A DNA stretch of 64,000 nucleotides from Octopus sinensis (Eukaryota), in the NCBI RefSeq assembly GCF_006345805.1, contig NC_042998.1, forward strand, positions 153,140,001 through 153,204,000, in the 5' to 3' direction. Both the position numbers and the translations under genes were made by a program. Under the pieces are notes generated by a model. That model was not told the DNA's origin and ran no database searches. It worked only from the letters and a program-made list of their open reading frames with translations. Positions within the stretch are counted from its first letter, which is position 1, and every line of letters begins with the position of its first letter. This document shows, in pieces, positions 24,290-36,766 of this stretch.

Positions 24290-26847
24290 CAGTGATCCCT
24301 TGCTACTTCGCGGTTCAACTCTTGCGGATTCACGACTTCGCGGATTTTTAAAATATATATATATATATATATGAACACCTAAAATTTTTCATTAAATCCA
24401 TTAAAACATTAATAATAAATATTACTTCCTAGTCTAGGAACAACAAAACAAGCGTAAAATAGCAAAAAAGCATATACAGGGGTATTTGAACTTAAGGCTG
24501 TGATTGGTGCAATTGAGAGAGACGATGAATCGCAGCTTTCTATTTTGTAATCTGGCCTGTTATTGGTGCTTTGACCGATGCTCAGATCTGCATCATCTTA
24601 CCTTCTCTCTCTTTCATGGCCATTTTGCTCAAGCTTTCTCACCAAGTGATTTACTGTACTACATTATGCTGTGCTGTGTATGATTTTTTTGTTTCTTTGC
24701 ATTGAACTTTGTGTTTTTCAACCCCTGCAATGGCTCCCAAAATGTTCTGCTTCTTCCAAGGCTGGTACTGAGCTTAAACGCAAACAAAGAATGATGACGA
24801 TTGCTGAGAAGGTGAAACTTCTGGATATGTTGAAGCCCGCCATTTTAGCATGAACGAATCCACTGTTTGTTACATCAAGAGGGACGAGACTAACATTAGG
24901 ACTTGGCTGCCATCACCTTTAATAAGTCGGTGAAGAGAGTGGTTACGGCTCGTAATAAAACTTTCATCTGTATGGAAGTTGCTTTGGCCGTATGGATAAC
25001 TGACTGCCAAAAGAACATAGCCTTGGATACGAACATCATCCAAACAAAGGCTAGGAGCCTGTATGAGACTTTCACTGCTAAGGAACCTGAGGACGACAGT
25101 GGCGATCATGAAGAAGATGAAGATGACGTAGAAGAGCCGCATCCAGGGATGTCCAGTGATTCACAACCTAAGAAATGTCCTTTTTCTGCTAGCAAAGGGT
25201 GGTTTGTTAAGTTTCAGAAATGCTTCGGCCTAAAAAGCGTTTCCCTGCATGGCGAGGCTGCTTCTGCTGACACGAGCGCTGCTGAAACATACGTGAATGA
25301 AACTTTCAAGAAGATTATCTCCGAAGGTGGATATAAGCCAGAACAAGTTTTTAATATGGACGAAATGGGCTTGTTTTGGAAAAGAATACCATCACGAACT
25401 TTCCTGTTCAAAGAGGAAGCAAAAGCCTCTGGCTTTAAAGTGTACAAGGATCATTTGACCCTCGTGATGTGTGGTAATGATGTGGGATTTTTAATAAAGC
25501 CAGGACTTATTTACAAGTCTAAAAACCCAAGGGCTTTAAAAAACAAAAACAAGAATCTACTACCTGTACATTGGATGCACAATCCAAAGGCGTAGATAAC
25601 GAAGATGCTGACCTTCGACTGGTTCCACCAGTGTTTTATCCTTCAAGTCAATGTGTATCTATTAGAGAATGGCTTGCCATTCGAAATTCTTCTCCTCATG
25701 GCCACGCTACTGATCTGTCACATGAGGGCATTCAAATTGAGTTCCTGCCACCCAACACTACGTCACTTATTCACCCAATAGACCAGGGGGTTATCAGAGT
25801 GTTCAAGGCCTTATACACGAGGAATGTCCTGGTGAACATGGTTGCTTCTGTGGTTGCTGCCCAAGAAGACAAAGACGAAAATTTTAACTTGAAGGCGTAC
25901 TGACAGCAGTACACAATTGCTACGTGCCTCCAAAATATCCAGAAGGCATTGCAAGAAATGAAGCCTGCCACCATTGAAACAAGCTGGAAAAATTTGTGGC
26001 CTGAGGATATTTACGACAACAAGGGATTTACACTTGTCGAAATCCAACACTCCGCAGTACAGAAAGCTTTGCAGTTGGCTGCGATCATTGGAGGTGTCGG
26101 CTTTGCAGACATAACCACAGGAGACATCAACGCATTATTAGACTGCCACTCCCTGCCACTAACCGATGCAGACCTCAAAGACTTGACAAAGTCGGCCAGC
26201 AAAGAAGAAGAAGAAACACAGCTAGAAACAGAAGTTGTCAACCAAACTGGCTTGACTTTGGAATGGCTGGCCAAGCTCTACAACCTCGCCAAAGAATTTA
26301 AAGAGGGGTCACAGGAATGGGACGCTGATATGGTTTGTTCTGTGCAATTTTGCAATAAGATCGATGATGTCATGAATCCCTACAAGATGCTCTTTGAACA
26401 GAAAAGGAAGCAGCAGCAGCAACTTCCTATCACAATGTTTTTGCAGCCTCGCAAAAAAGAGCCAGTTCCTGCTGCTACTACTATGGTTGCACCTTCGGAA
26501 GGAGTGGAAGAGGTGTCCCAAGAAAGGGCACTGCCATCAGCTTCATCATCATCATTTCTACTGCGCAGCAAATTCATTATCATCATTCAAATTTTACTTC
26601 AACTTTTTTCATGTTGAGTACAGTAACAATCTTTATTTTTTTAAAATCTAAAGTGTTACTGCTTAACAGTTGTCCTTATTATTAATAGACTACTGTAATG
26701 GGTTGGTTGTTAACAGTAGAGGGAGAGTTTTAAAAGTCCAAATACATGTTAAAAAAATGCTGTAAATATGGTGTCCCTACTTCACAGAAATTCAATTATT
26801 GCGGCCAGTCTCGGAACCAATCTACCGCAATAAACAAGGGATCACTG
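24290..26847 (+). mobile_element. Tigger/pogo (TIGD1-like) DNA transposon with disrupted transposase
   Basis: TIRs cagtgatcccttg...caagggatcactg with TA at the right end. The transposase starts ~24730 (KRKQRMMTIAEKVKLLDML) and includes F.ASKGWF..F, VFNMDE.GLFWKR, FLPPNTTSLI.P.DQGVI and C-terminal QLPITMF. Frameshifts and stops present. Confidence 0.92.
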
Positions 26848-26985
26848 TACCTTATATCCTTTTTCATCCAAATTACCTTGTCATTACAGCAATATTTGAG
26901 CTCACCTGCAGCTCACTTATAAAGGAGCTTCTTCAACCAACATATGTCCAACTGGCCAATTATTATCTTGTTTTCATTTTCATAG

Positions 26986-27144
26986 TTGATTCGTGAGTGC
27001 AAAGATGTCTTGAAAGGAGCTGTCCAAATGAAGAAGTACTACTTGAGTATGGTTTCTACTACAGTCTGGGACAGTGACCCTTCCAAGATTGAAGATGTCA
27101 TGGACTTAGAAAAATATGATGACCATATGAAGAGGGTTCTAGAG
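26986..27144 (+). CDS. MAP3K4: MAP3K4 coding exon (53 codons, phase 0/0)
   Basis: ttttcatag acceptor and GAG|gtgagt donor. Encodes LIRECKDVLKGAVQMKKYYLSMV...KYDDHMKRVLE, corresponding to MEKK4 LVRECKEVLKGGLLMKQYY. Confidence 0.95.
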
Positions 27145-27699
27145 GTGAGTATGTTTATTTTTTAAAATTTTACTTTTAACAAGTTTATTAAAGGCTTGAT
27201 AAAATGTTAAGCAGAACTCCAGTGGTTGTGCATTAAGTTCAAAAAGTGAAATAGAAGCCATACTTCTCAGAAGCAACCCTCACTTGGAAGCCAAGTTCAC
27301 ATTCTTTAGCAGAATAGCTAATTCAGTACCTAATTATACTTGCAATTGTCTTTATTTCTAAAGTAGACTGCATCCTCTGCTCAGTATTCTAAAACAACCC
27401 CCATTACTATACTATTTATATCACACTGTATTCCAATTTAGGCATAAACCAGTTCCCTCATTGAGTTCTCCTTTCATTGTGTTTCCACTATGACTTTTAT
27501 CATAGCAAATATCCTTCCCTAACTTATTTCCCTAGAGCATTCCATTAGCTTTCCTCTATGACCCTGGAGTACTGCTAGTGTCTCTCACATATAAATACTG
27601 GTTCAGTTTCACAAATCATATTTGTGACATAATACTGGAAATGTACTGATCGCCAAAAAAAGTTCCTAATTGTTCCAGTAATTTGTAATCTTGGGTAAT

Positions 27700-28433
27700 T
27701 GTCTTATACCCATTATAATATTTATGACAAAAGAAATGCCCATATCTCTTCTACGGTTGTGGGAAATCACAAGCTATCTTTTTTTCCAGTTTGTTTTATA
27801 TTCTGCATAACAGTTTGTTTCCACAGTGATGGCTTCAAACAAGCATACTGGAAAAAAAAAGAAGAAAAAGTCATATGGTTTCACTTCCTGAAAAAGACTA
27901 TGAGTAGATCCTGTCTCCTCAGAAAAATTGTTAATAAAAATATTTAAAAACTTTTTACGCCATTCCAATGTAAATTGTCCTTGCTGTCGCTATCGCTACT
28001 TTCAGTTTCTTCAGAATCACTGCTTTCAGTTTCAGATACAGAAATATCTGATTCATTTTCATACACCACTCGCTTTTGTACTTCATTCATTCTTTTTCTT
28101 GATATCTCCATATCTTCTGTTGAAACACCTTCAAATTCGGAATCACTGCTTGATAGCATGAAACTCCCAGCTATTTTCAAAGTTGAAAAAAATTGATGCA
28201 GCAAAAATGTGGAGAAAAATCTCCCAAAATTCATTGAGTTCAGATATCATGTTAAACAATGTTGGATACTATAACTCAGCTATTTACAAAGTGAAATCAT
28301 ATGTTTTCATGAATGTACTAACGAGATTTCTATTCAAATTCACATTTAAATAACAATGGGTACTTATGACCGGGCTGGTCGTTTGAACTAAAAAATTTTT
28401 CAGCCAGCTATGGCCAGGTTGGTATCAAAAGGG
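27700..28433 (-). mobile_element. piggyBac-like element 5' fragment
   Basis: The minus strand starts TTAA|CCCTTTT at 28437-28427, followed by an acidic SSDSEFEG...SDISVSE N-terminal ORF typical of piggyBac transposases. The left boundary is approximate. Confidence 0.6.
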
Positions 28434-28439
28434 TTAAAG

Positions 28440-30600
28440 CTCTTTGATTCTAGGTTTTGCTTCCACACCAGGAATTGCTTTTTTTAATTCTATTCCAGAT
28501 TCCAATATGAGAATGAGATCATCACCATATTGTAGTTCCCAGAGGCAGCCAGTCTTACATTCCTCTATTATAGCCTGAATAGAAGTTGACTGAGAACCAA
28601 GCCCTGGTGCACTCATACCTGTACTTTATATTCATTGCTGAATTCATTACTAACTCTCACCTTACTGACTGCACACCTGCACATGACTTGAAAAACTTTC
28701 ACAAGCCATTTACCTATCCCTAACTTCCTCAGAGACTACTATAGCACAGAAATAGGGACTATGTTGAAGGTTTTCTCCTGGTCAACAAAAGCCAAGTACA
28801 GTGTTTTACTCTTAACTAAATACTTTTCTGCATTTGTCTAGGAACATAGAACCAGTAGTATTTTTCTCCTGCATAAAACCAAACTGCATCTCATCTAGTC
28901 TAATTCTGCTCCTGGTTCATCAATTTGATATCTCTATAACTATATCTAAGGCATTTCCTTTACTCTTGTAACAACTGACAATAATGCTGCTGCACCAATC
29001 ATTGTGTATAACACCATCCAGTATAACCTGATTAACTATACAGTGACTAAACCATATCCTACTCTGCCAGAATTTTATGCATCAAATTCCTGATAGACCA
29101 GGGATCTTCTGTCTTCATATCCTTCATTGCCTTATGTATCATACTGCTGTCAACTCAGATGGCTAATCCCTTGGATCAACATTGGGGAAATTCTCTTCAG
29201 CGCATGCATTTCCCACAAATGTAGCCTTTCATAGTGGCACTTTCATTCCACTTTCTTTTCAGAATTACTGAGTACTGGCATGCTATTATCCATCCATATA
29301 CATCTCTCTCCCACAGCATCTTGATTCTATCTTATAAACTGTCTTGCAATCTAGAACACTTCCTTCATGCCACTCATCCTCATGTAGTAAGACATTGACA
29401 AACCTCTTCATTTCTGCTTCTGTTCTTGCTAAATAAACATGTTGCCTAGCTTCCAATCTAGCTACCTAGTATAATTGTCTGTTGCCTCCATACTTCTAAT
29501 CTCTCTAGATTCACTTTTATAGCCCCATCTACCTCATTGTTCTACTACCATGTCACCTTTCATCTGACTGAAACTTTGCAGTGGCCATAGATTTGGTCTC
29601 TAGCCCTCAGTAGCTTACCCCGTAAGAACTTCCAAATGTCCTCTCTATGTTATATGTTTCTATCTCTTCCTTCTTGTCAAATGCTTAATTAGAACATCTC
29701 TATTTTTTTTACTTTTTGACAGGGCTTTAAGCTTCCATATCTTCCTTTTCCAAACTGTTTTGTGTCTCTGAGTCCTTTAAGCTCTAAGTTTGATGTTACT
29801 GATTTGTTCATTCCTCACTGGGGAATTTACAAGCATCCACCTATCTCTGTTTCTAGTGAGAATGTAGTCAATCTGGCTTGAGTGCCTTCAGATTGATAGG
29901 TGATTAGGTGACTGGCTGGTTTCCTGAAGTTAGTTTTGTACTTCAACAAGTCATTTGCATCACAGAATTCCTGTAGCTTTGTTCCTACCTTATTTCTAGC
30001 ATTAAAGCAGTAATCTCCATGCATACCATGAAATCCATTGAGGTACTGCCCAGTATCTCCATTGAAATCACTAGCTATGATGGTAAGTTATTTTCTTTCA
30101 TCATTAAAGCAGTGTGCAACGGGAGCTATTAGAAACAGCGCTTTTGTTCATCTGCCAGTCCAGTGTATGGAACATATGCAAAGATAAATTTCATTATTGC
30201 ATTATCTAAAACTAGTCTTAGCTTAATAATCCTATTATACCCCATGACTACATTGATCAATTTTTTTCTCTGACAAAATATACCTACACCACCCACACTG
30301 TCTCTACTGCCCATCCAAGAACTTGTATCTATGTTCCTTGCCCATGAGCAGTCTAGTTGAAGCTTTCTTCTATCGTGCCACTTGCACACAGCACACATTT
30401 ACATGCTTCTGCTCTAGCATTTGAATAATCTTACCAGACTTACCTTTCATTATGCCAACATTTATCATTGTGGTTCAAAGTTTATGGACTTCAAAGGACT
30501 AAGAGTGTGTTTGGAGGACTGTTCAGCATCTCTGAAGAAGCAGACTTTCACAGACAGATTCCTGAGGGCCTTTACATATGTTAGTGGTACAGGTATAGGT
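28440..30600 (-). mobile_element. Old degenerate RTE LINE (endonuclease + RT remnants)
   Basis: WELQYGDDL, GVGIF, RIIKLRL..AYVP and H.ITY motifs in broken frames. Confidence 0.75.
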
Positions 30601-30849
30601 TGGTATATGCTACACAATAATGTCAAAAGAAAATACAAAAGAAACGTATATATTTATGCATACATGGTGTATACTCATATACTCATATAAATATAAACAC
30701 ATATATACACATAGACTGTCATTCACACATGCATTCTCATATATGCATACACATACACATTACACTTACATATACATGTATATACACATATGTAGTTGAA
30801 TAAGATTCAGGTAAAAGCCTTGATAGGATGCTATGCAAAGTTTATCCAG

Positions 30850-31242
30850 TTATTGGTTACTTGCTGTCATCAGACTATGACCATGCTGGAGCACCACATT
30901 TTTAGTTAAAGAAATTGACTCCAGCACTTATTCTGTGTAACCTGATACTTATTTTATCAGTCTCTTTTGCTGAACCGAGCACATAAACACATCAGCATCA
31001 GTTGTCAAGTGATGGTGGGGGTACAAACACAGATACAAAGATACACATGTAAATACACACACACACATATATATGAATACGATGGGCTTCTTTTCAGTTT
31101 CCTTCTACCAAATCCACTCAAAGCTTTGGTCAAGCTGAGGCTATATTAGAAGACACTTGTCCAAGATGCCATGCAGTGGGACTGAACCCAGAACCATGTG
31201 GTTGGGAAGTAAGCTTTTTACCACACAGCCACACCTGTGCCT
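30850..31242 (-). mobile_element. Degenerate full-length tRNA-derived SINE
   Basis: Colinear with the 22382-22837 copy. Confidence 0.85.
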
Positions 31243-31462
31243 ATCTGTAGAATTAATACAAATAAATAAATGATAAAAAAGGGGTTGAATGACATTCACT
31301 AAAATTGTTTCAATACATTTTTACACCTGTAGTACATTGGTGAGACATTGTGTAATCATGATCATGCATCCACAGTGATTGTTTAAATAAGTCCTTCATT
31401 AGATCCTACCATCATTTCACTCAGTGTGAAAACGCATACTCATAGTGATGTTTCCTTTTCAG

Positions 31463-31900
31463 CAGTTTACAGGCAATAACAATTGAAATTCTGAAAATCT
31501 CAATAATAGTAGTACTGGAAATAGCAGCAAAGATAATAATGAAGGGTATATTAACAGCACTAATAATAACCATACAAACAATAAAGGAAAAATTATAAAG
31601 AAGAGAAACAGTGTGGTAAAGAAATGTAATTATAAGCACAGGAACAGCTGACCCCTGGGAAATGAATGCCTTCATAACAATGTAACATACAAATGTACTG
31701 TTAGCAGGCTATCAGATGCATTTGTCTATATTGGTGCAACCATAGATTGCTTCAGAAGTTTGATATTGGAACCACATGGTACCATTAAAACATTAACCAG
31801 AAACACTGCACACCACTCGCTGACTGGTCTGGAAACTTTAGAAAGGAAAAATGCAATACAACACCACATGTACTGTAATAAAAGATGAATATCCATACAC
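31463..31900 (+). mobile_element. Degenerate Penelope-like GIY-YIG relic (Neptune-type motif)
   Basis: A plus frame with stops reads KKCNYKHRNS*PLGNECLHNNVTYKCTVSRLSDAFVYIGATIDCFRS, resembling C.CR...CPL.G.CL...V.Y...V.....YIG.T...F. Confidence 0.55.
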
Positions 31901-32149
31901 TGCATTTTCAAGATCTCACAACCTCTGTTCTGAGATGGCACTATATATTTTAATGTATACAGATAAAATTGTGATTAGGTACTTTGAAAGCATTATTTGA
32001 TGCAATCACAAGCTAAAATACTCATTTATGCAGTTTTGTAAAAGCAATTTCTGTTAAAAAATTTAATGCTTCCTTATCATATTGCATCTAAGAAGTATAT
32101 CCATGTGTGTGTGTGACCATGAGCTCTGACAATATGCTGTGTGTGAAAA

Positions 32150-32565
32150 GACATCAAGCCAAATGAATCATAGTTATGGCTGTGCTGGTGTCATGTAAAT
32201 GGCGCACATGCATTTTGGTCATGGTCATTGCCGGTGCCATGTAAGTGGCACTTGTAAATCATAGTCATGGTTGTTTGCTGCCAGTGCCATGTAAATTGGC
32301 ACCCAAGAATTATGGTCACTGGCGGTGCTATGTGAATGGCACCCATGCATCTTAGTTGTTGTCATTGCCAGTGTTGTGTAAATGACACCCATGCTCGTGG
32401 CACATAAAAGCTCACATTACACTCCTGGAGTGGTTGGCATTAAGAAGGGCATCCAGCTGTAGAAATCGTGCCAAATTGGACTGGAATCTGGTGCAGCTCA
32501 TCAGCTCCAGTCAAATTGTCTAACCCAGATGTTAAATGATGGTGATGAATATGATAATGATGCTG
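32150..32565 (+). mobile_element. RTE 3'-UTR-derived fragment with internal ~40-bp repeats
   Basis: Ends ggagtggttggcattaagaagggcatccagctgtagaa...atgatggtgatg, like the other RTE 3' ends. Confidence 0.7.
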
Positions 32566-32571
32566 TGGCTG

Positions 32572-32618
<47 letters not shown>

Positions 32619-32836
32619 TATATATATTATATATATATATATTATATATATATATATTATATATATATATATACAAATAAGAAAATGGAGAAACAAATTC
32701 ATTTTGTTCATCAACTTACGGATATTACAATTTCACATTATTTATTAATTATAAAAATGGGAACATCAAAATCGAACAAAACAAAATACATCAATCAATA
32801 TGTAATATAATAATAAAAATAATGCAAATAAACTGC

Positions 32837-32945
32837 TCCTTACAGCTGTTTCAACTTATATTGCCTGTAGATGTCAGTGTATTATGGTTTTAGGCACTAA
32901 AAATTATACGTGTATGTTAAAATAACCAAATGCCTCATCAGCGGA
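32837..32945 (-). ncRNA. Hammerhead relic (deleted copy of the 40136 motif)
   Basis: Minus strand UCCG CUGAUGA GGCA...GAAA CAGCUGU A AGGA. It lacks the 23-nt segment that supplies the 3' strand of stem II. Confidence 0.65.
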
Positions 32946-33090
32946 TATACTTGAAAAGTATAATAATAATATTGATATACAAAACATGCTTATATCATCC
33001 AATATAAACAAATAAATAATGAGACAAATATCCAATGTGACTGCGTGTGTACCACTGGCGATTTTTTTCCTCTGTCTTCCCTTCTCCTAT

Positions 33091-33125
33091 GTTTCCGACG
33101 AAGAGCTCCGCTCGAAACGTTAAAC
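33091..33125 (+). ncRNA. Minimal hammerhead-like motif (core variant CCGACGA)
   Basis: GUUU CCGACGA A GAGC-UCC-GCUC GAAA CG UU AAAC. Stems I and II pair and stem III is the palindrome ACGU. It lies in a short inserted repeat at ~33036-33210. Confidence 0.65.
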
Positions 33126-33222
33126 CCTCCTTCTTTCCTTCTTTCCTGAGCGTCCAATAATACTATATTTGTCCCACATCCTCGCGTTGTTGTGTTTTTT
33201 TTGTGCTTTCATGTTATATATA

Positions 33223-33261
<39 letters not shown>

Positions 33262-33262
33262 A

Positions 33263-33322
<60 letters not shown>

Positions 33323-33950
33323 ATATATATATATATAAAATATACAAATATACATATACATACATAGGCAAATTATACATACTATTCACATGCACAAAAT
33401 ACATAAAGAACAACATTGAACATTAATATATTACATTACATTGGGTATATTGTGTGTCGTATAGTCAAGTAAATGCATTCTAATGTATATATACTACCAC
33501 ATTTAACAGTACCAACAGTATTATTGTTTTAATGATAATACTAAACAACATAACAAAAATTCATGAAACAAGGTATGAAGTATAAATATTCGCACATATA
33601 TATATATACATATGCACAAACAAAATATTTGTGTATGAATATATTAATCATACAAACATAATCTAAATATCACTTATGTGGATGTATTAATTAACAAGAA
33701 CAAGTTTAATTTTAGCATCCAAAAAATTCAGTCCGAATTATATGTCTAAGCTGGGTTAGGTCCACAAAATATAAGTCTCTTGCATTTATATATTTGTTGT
33801 GCAAGATTTTTTATGTGAAATCGTGTGTTGAAACAGATATTGTTGTATTTTGGAATGGTCATTTTGCCAGTTTAGCCAATAAAAACACACGTTGGTGTTA
33901 CTTTGCTTCAGTGTTATTTATTTTTTACATTAATCTTAATCTTATTTCGG

Positions 33951-33990
33951 CCAGAGTTCTTTCGTCACACTCCTGTGACCACATCAGTGG
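33951..33990 (-). ncRNA. Minimal hammerhead-like relic
   Basis: Minus strand CCA CUGAUGU G GUCAC-AGGAGU-GUGAC GAAA G-AA-C UC UGG. Stem II is 5 bp and core A9 is replaced by U. Confidence 0.5.
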
Positions 33991-34239
33991 TCCTTTGCTT
34001 TCTTCTTTCTTATTTGTGTGTCTCTCCTTACTAAGTTTCTGTTATATGCATATTGGATTTCACAATGTTTACATTTTTGCTATATGGATATTAAAATTAA
34101 TACATCCACATAATCAAACAAGTTTAATTTAAAAAAACCAGAGTAGTAACTTAAACTCCATGTCCAAGTTTAATTTAGTCCAAAGGTTTGCATTTATGTT
34201 TATGCATATTAAATATTTAAAGATATTATATTAGTTAGT

Positions 34240-35125
34240 TAGTTAGTTAGTTAATTTTTTGGCTCAAAAAGCAAAAAGCAAGGCCATGTAGGGGTACATG
34301 GAGTTATGTACAGGGTGGTGTTCATGTAAAGAGTTCAGGCCACTTGAGGTCAAGGGAGACTTTGAACCGAGCGGTCGTTGGCATCTTCACCATCTCGTCT
34401 GGCAGCTTATTCCACGGATCCGCAACCCGGACGGAGAAAGCCCCTCTCCTTTGATTGAGATGAAATCATCGCAGATAGAGCTTTTCGGAATGACCCCCGC
34501 AGCCGACACTCTGGAGCAGGAGTGAAGAACAGCTCTTTCGAGAGGTTACACTTTCCACTTATGATGTTGTGAGCAAGAATGAGATCACCATGGCGGTGGC
34601 GTTTTTCTAGTGCTTTGTTGGCAGCATGGACGCACTGGGCCGAAGGCGAAAAGGAGGAATCCACCAAGATACCCAGGTCCTTTACCTGATCGGTCCTCTC
34701 TAGCAGCAGACGACCCGGCTCGAAATCAAGTTGAGTGGCAGGAGGAGAGCCAACAGGCAGATGACAGCACTTTGACACGTTCAGACACAGGTCCCATTCG
34801 TTAGACCATCTCCAAATTTGGTGGAGGCATTGACGAAGATCCTCTATATCACCGCGAGGAGCGACCAGTTTGACATCGTCGGCAAATAGAAGGGTGTGTT
34901 CCGTGAGGTCGTCGGGCAAGTCATTTATGAAGACTAAGAACAATAAGGGTCCAAGCACTGAACTTTGAGGCACGCCACTGTTCGCACTGGAGACGTTGGA
35001 CCGTGAACCATTAACTTGGACTTGGAAGGAGCGATCTGAGAGGAAGGCACCAACCCATCGTACAATATCCGGATGGAAACTATATGCTTGAAGCTTGACA
35101 AGTAATAGGTGGTGGTTTACCGAGT
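34240..35125 (-). mobile_element. 5'-truncated CR1-clade LINE with (CTAA)n tail
   Basis: VPQSSVLGPLLFLVFINDLP, LFADDVKL, KDLGILVDS. The 3' end is shared with 47920-48271. Confidence 0.92.
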
Positions 35126-35908
35126 CAAAAGGGGGTTATTGGGGGTTAGGGAGCAGTTATTTAAATCATTGGCTATTTAACTTATGCATATTAAATATTT
35201 AGAAATATATTTGGGTTTAGGGAGCGGTCACTTAAATTCCTAATCTATTTCCAATTGGCTAATTCTTTTAAACACATCCGTTAGGCCTGTTTTAAAACAA
35301 TATGGGGTCAGAAAGTTAGTTAGATCATAATAGTTTATCTAAACTAAATAAAATGTTGAATAAAAGTACATTCATTTATATGTTAAAACTTGGATAGGTA
35401 TTTACAAACAACAGACAACTATATTTACGGTCGTATTTATACCTAAGAAGTGAATTATACTTACCTATAGTGTTACGCGTTAAGTAAACAAAAAAATAAA
35501 AAAGTAAAAACTATATCTACTACCTTATTTTATATTTTCGAATTGCATTTATACATACATACACATCAATGTATACTAAAACCAAAAAGCAAACAATAGA
35601 CAACGCAAACTTACATATATTTATGCATTACGTAAACAAAACCAGCTATATTTTCTAACTTATTTAACACTTTCGAATTGCATATACATACATACATATC
35701 TATGCATACTTCCACAGAAAAGTACACAATGGACAACGCAAACTTGCATTTAATGGAATACATATAAATATATTTATGCATCCATTCTCATATACACAAG
35801 CATACATACATGAAAGTGGAGGAGAAAACCATCACGTACTGTCAATAAGTATATAAAAACACATATCCATATACACATATATGTATATATATATATATAT
35901 ATATATAC

Positions 35909-35941
<33 letters not shown>

Positions 35942-36448
35942 CACATATATACATACACATACATTCAAGCAAATATACATATGACCTCTTACAATCCTCA
36001 TAAACGGACACATATACAAACAGAAACAAACATTCATACAAACACACTAATCTAAACATGTATATTCATACATCCTCATTTCCGCCTCCATAAATATACG
36101 GATGCCTACAAAATTAACCCCGATAGGTATGCCTACAATTAAACAAGGATAGACAGAAACAAAAAGCAAACATTAGAAGTTCAATCCGATTAGTATTAAC
36201 GAAAGGGGTATATACATAGAAAAATGCACAAACAAATACAAGCATGTAGGGAGTATAGACTAATATACACACATTTATATAACCACACAAACAATTATAC
36301 ATCATAGTTAAACATGAAAAAACATAATACTGTAGCAATATCGTTACACTCATTGCTATCTTCACTGTTTGAGAAGAGTATTAAGAATAATCTCCTTCGA
36401 GATTACAAACATCTTCGGCTAGTTTAACATTGTTGTAAACACTAATTC

Positions 36449-36600
36449 GATTGGCTGACACTTGGTCTCTACTACATTCGCACCGCTGGTTGTCACGTGA
36501 CGCGATTTGCCTCCGCTTATTTTCGCGCCATTGTTCCAAGCAGCCAATCACAGCTTTCCATTTCTGAAGTTCGTTTTGAGCCACATAAACCTTATATAAA
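36449..36600 (+). promoter_or_regulatory. Pol II promoter-like block
   Basis: GATTGGC at 36449, GTCACGTGAC at 36492, TTTCGCGCC at 36521, GCCAATCA at 36543 and TATATAAA at 36593, in canonical order. Locally CpG-rich within AT-rich DNA. Confidence 0.55.
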
Positions 36601-36620
36601 GAAGGGTTCTCAGACAAATA

Positions 36621-36766
36621 TCCGTCTTTGGTTCAAGTCCTTCTCAGAGCGAACCTCTGACCACAGAGTTCGTCTTTGGTTCTAGTCCTTCTCAGGACTA
36701 ACCTCTGACCACAGAGTTCGTCTTAGGTTACAGTCCTTCTCAGGGCTAACCTTTGAACACACAGAG
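36621..36766 (+). repeat. 3 x 48-bp tandem repeat of hairpins
   Basis: Units start at 36621, 36669 and 36717. Unit 2 folds as UAGUCC-UUCUCA-GGACUA and units 1-2 carry CUCUG-ACCA-CAGAG; the other stems are degenerate. A fourth diverged copy lies at ~37203-37234. Confidence 0.85.

Larger units (their letters stand above)
32671..33671 (-). repeat. Left arm of long inverted repeat (pairs with 38097-38425 and 40037-40433)
   Basis: 32671-33035 is the reverse complement of ~40037-40433, and ~33338-33671 is the reverse complement of ~38097-38425. Confidence 0.9.

Noticed and set aside
24730-26617. Domesticated TIGD1-like host gene
   Set aside because: TIRs are retained and the ORF has frameshifts and stops, so it is a transposon fossil.
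31421-31941. Hydrophobic minus-strand ORFs resembling a membrane protein
   Set aside because: They are the antisense of an A-rich, Asn/Lys-rich frame carrying PLE GIY-YIG motifs, and show no transporter or GPCR signature.
36621-36766. CRISPR-like array (also considered for 6374-6500 and 11233-12230)
   Set aside because: These are tandem units without unique spacers, there are no cas genes, and the context is a eukaryotic intron.
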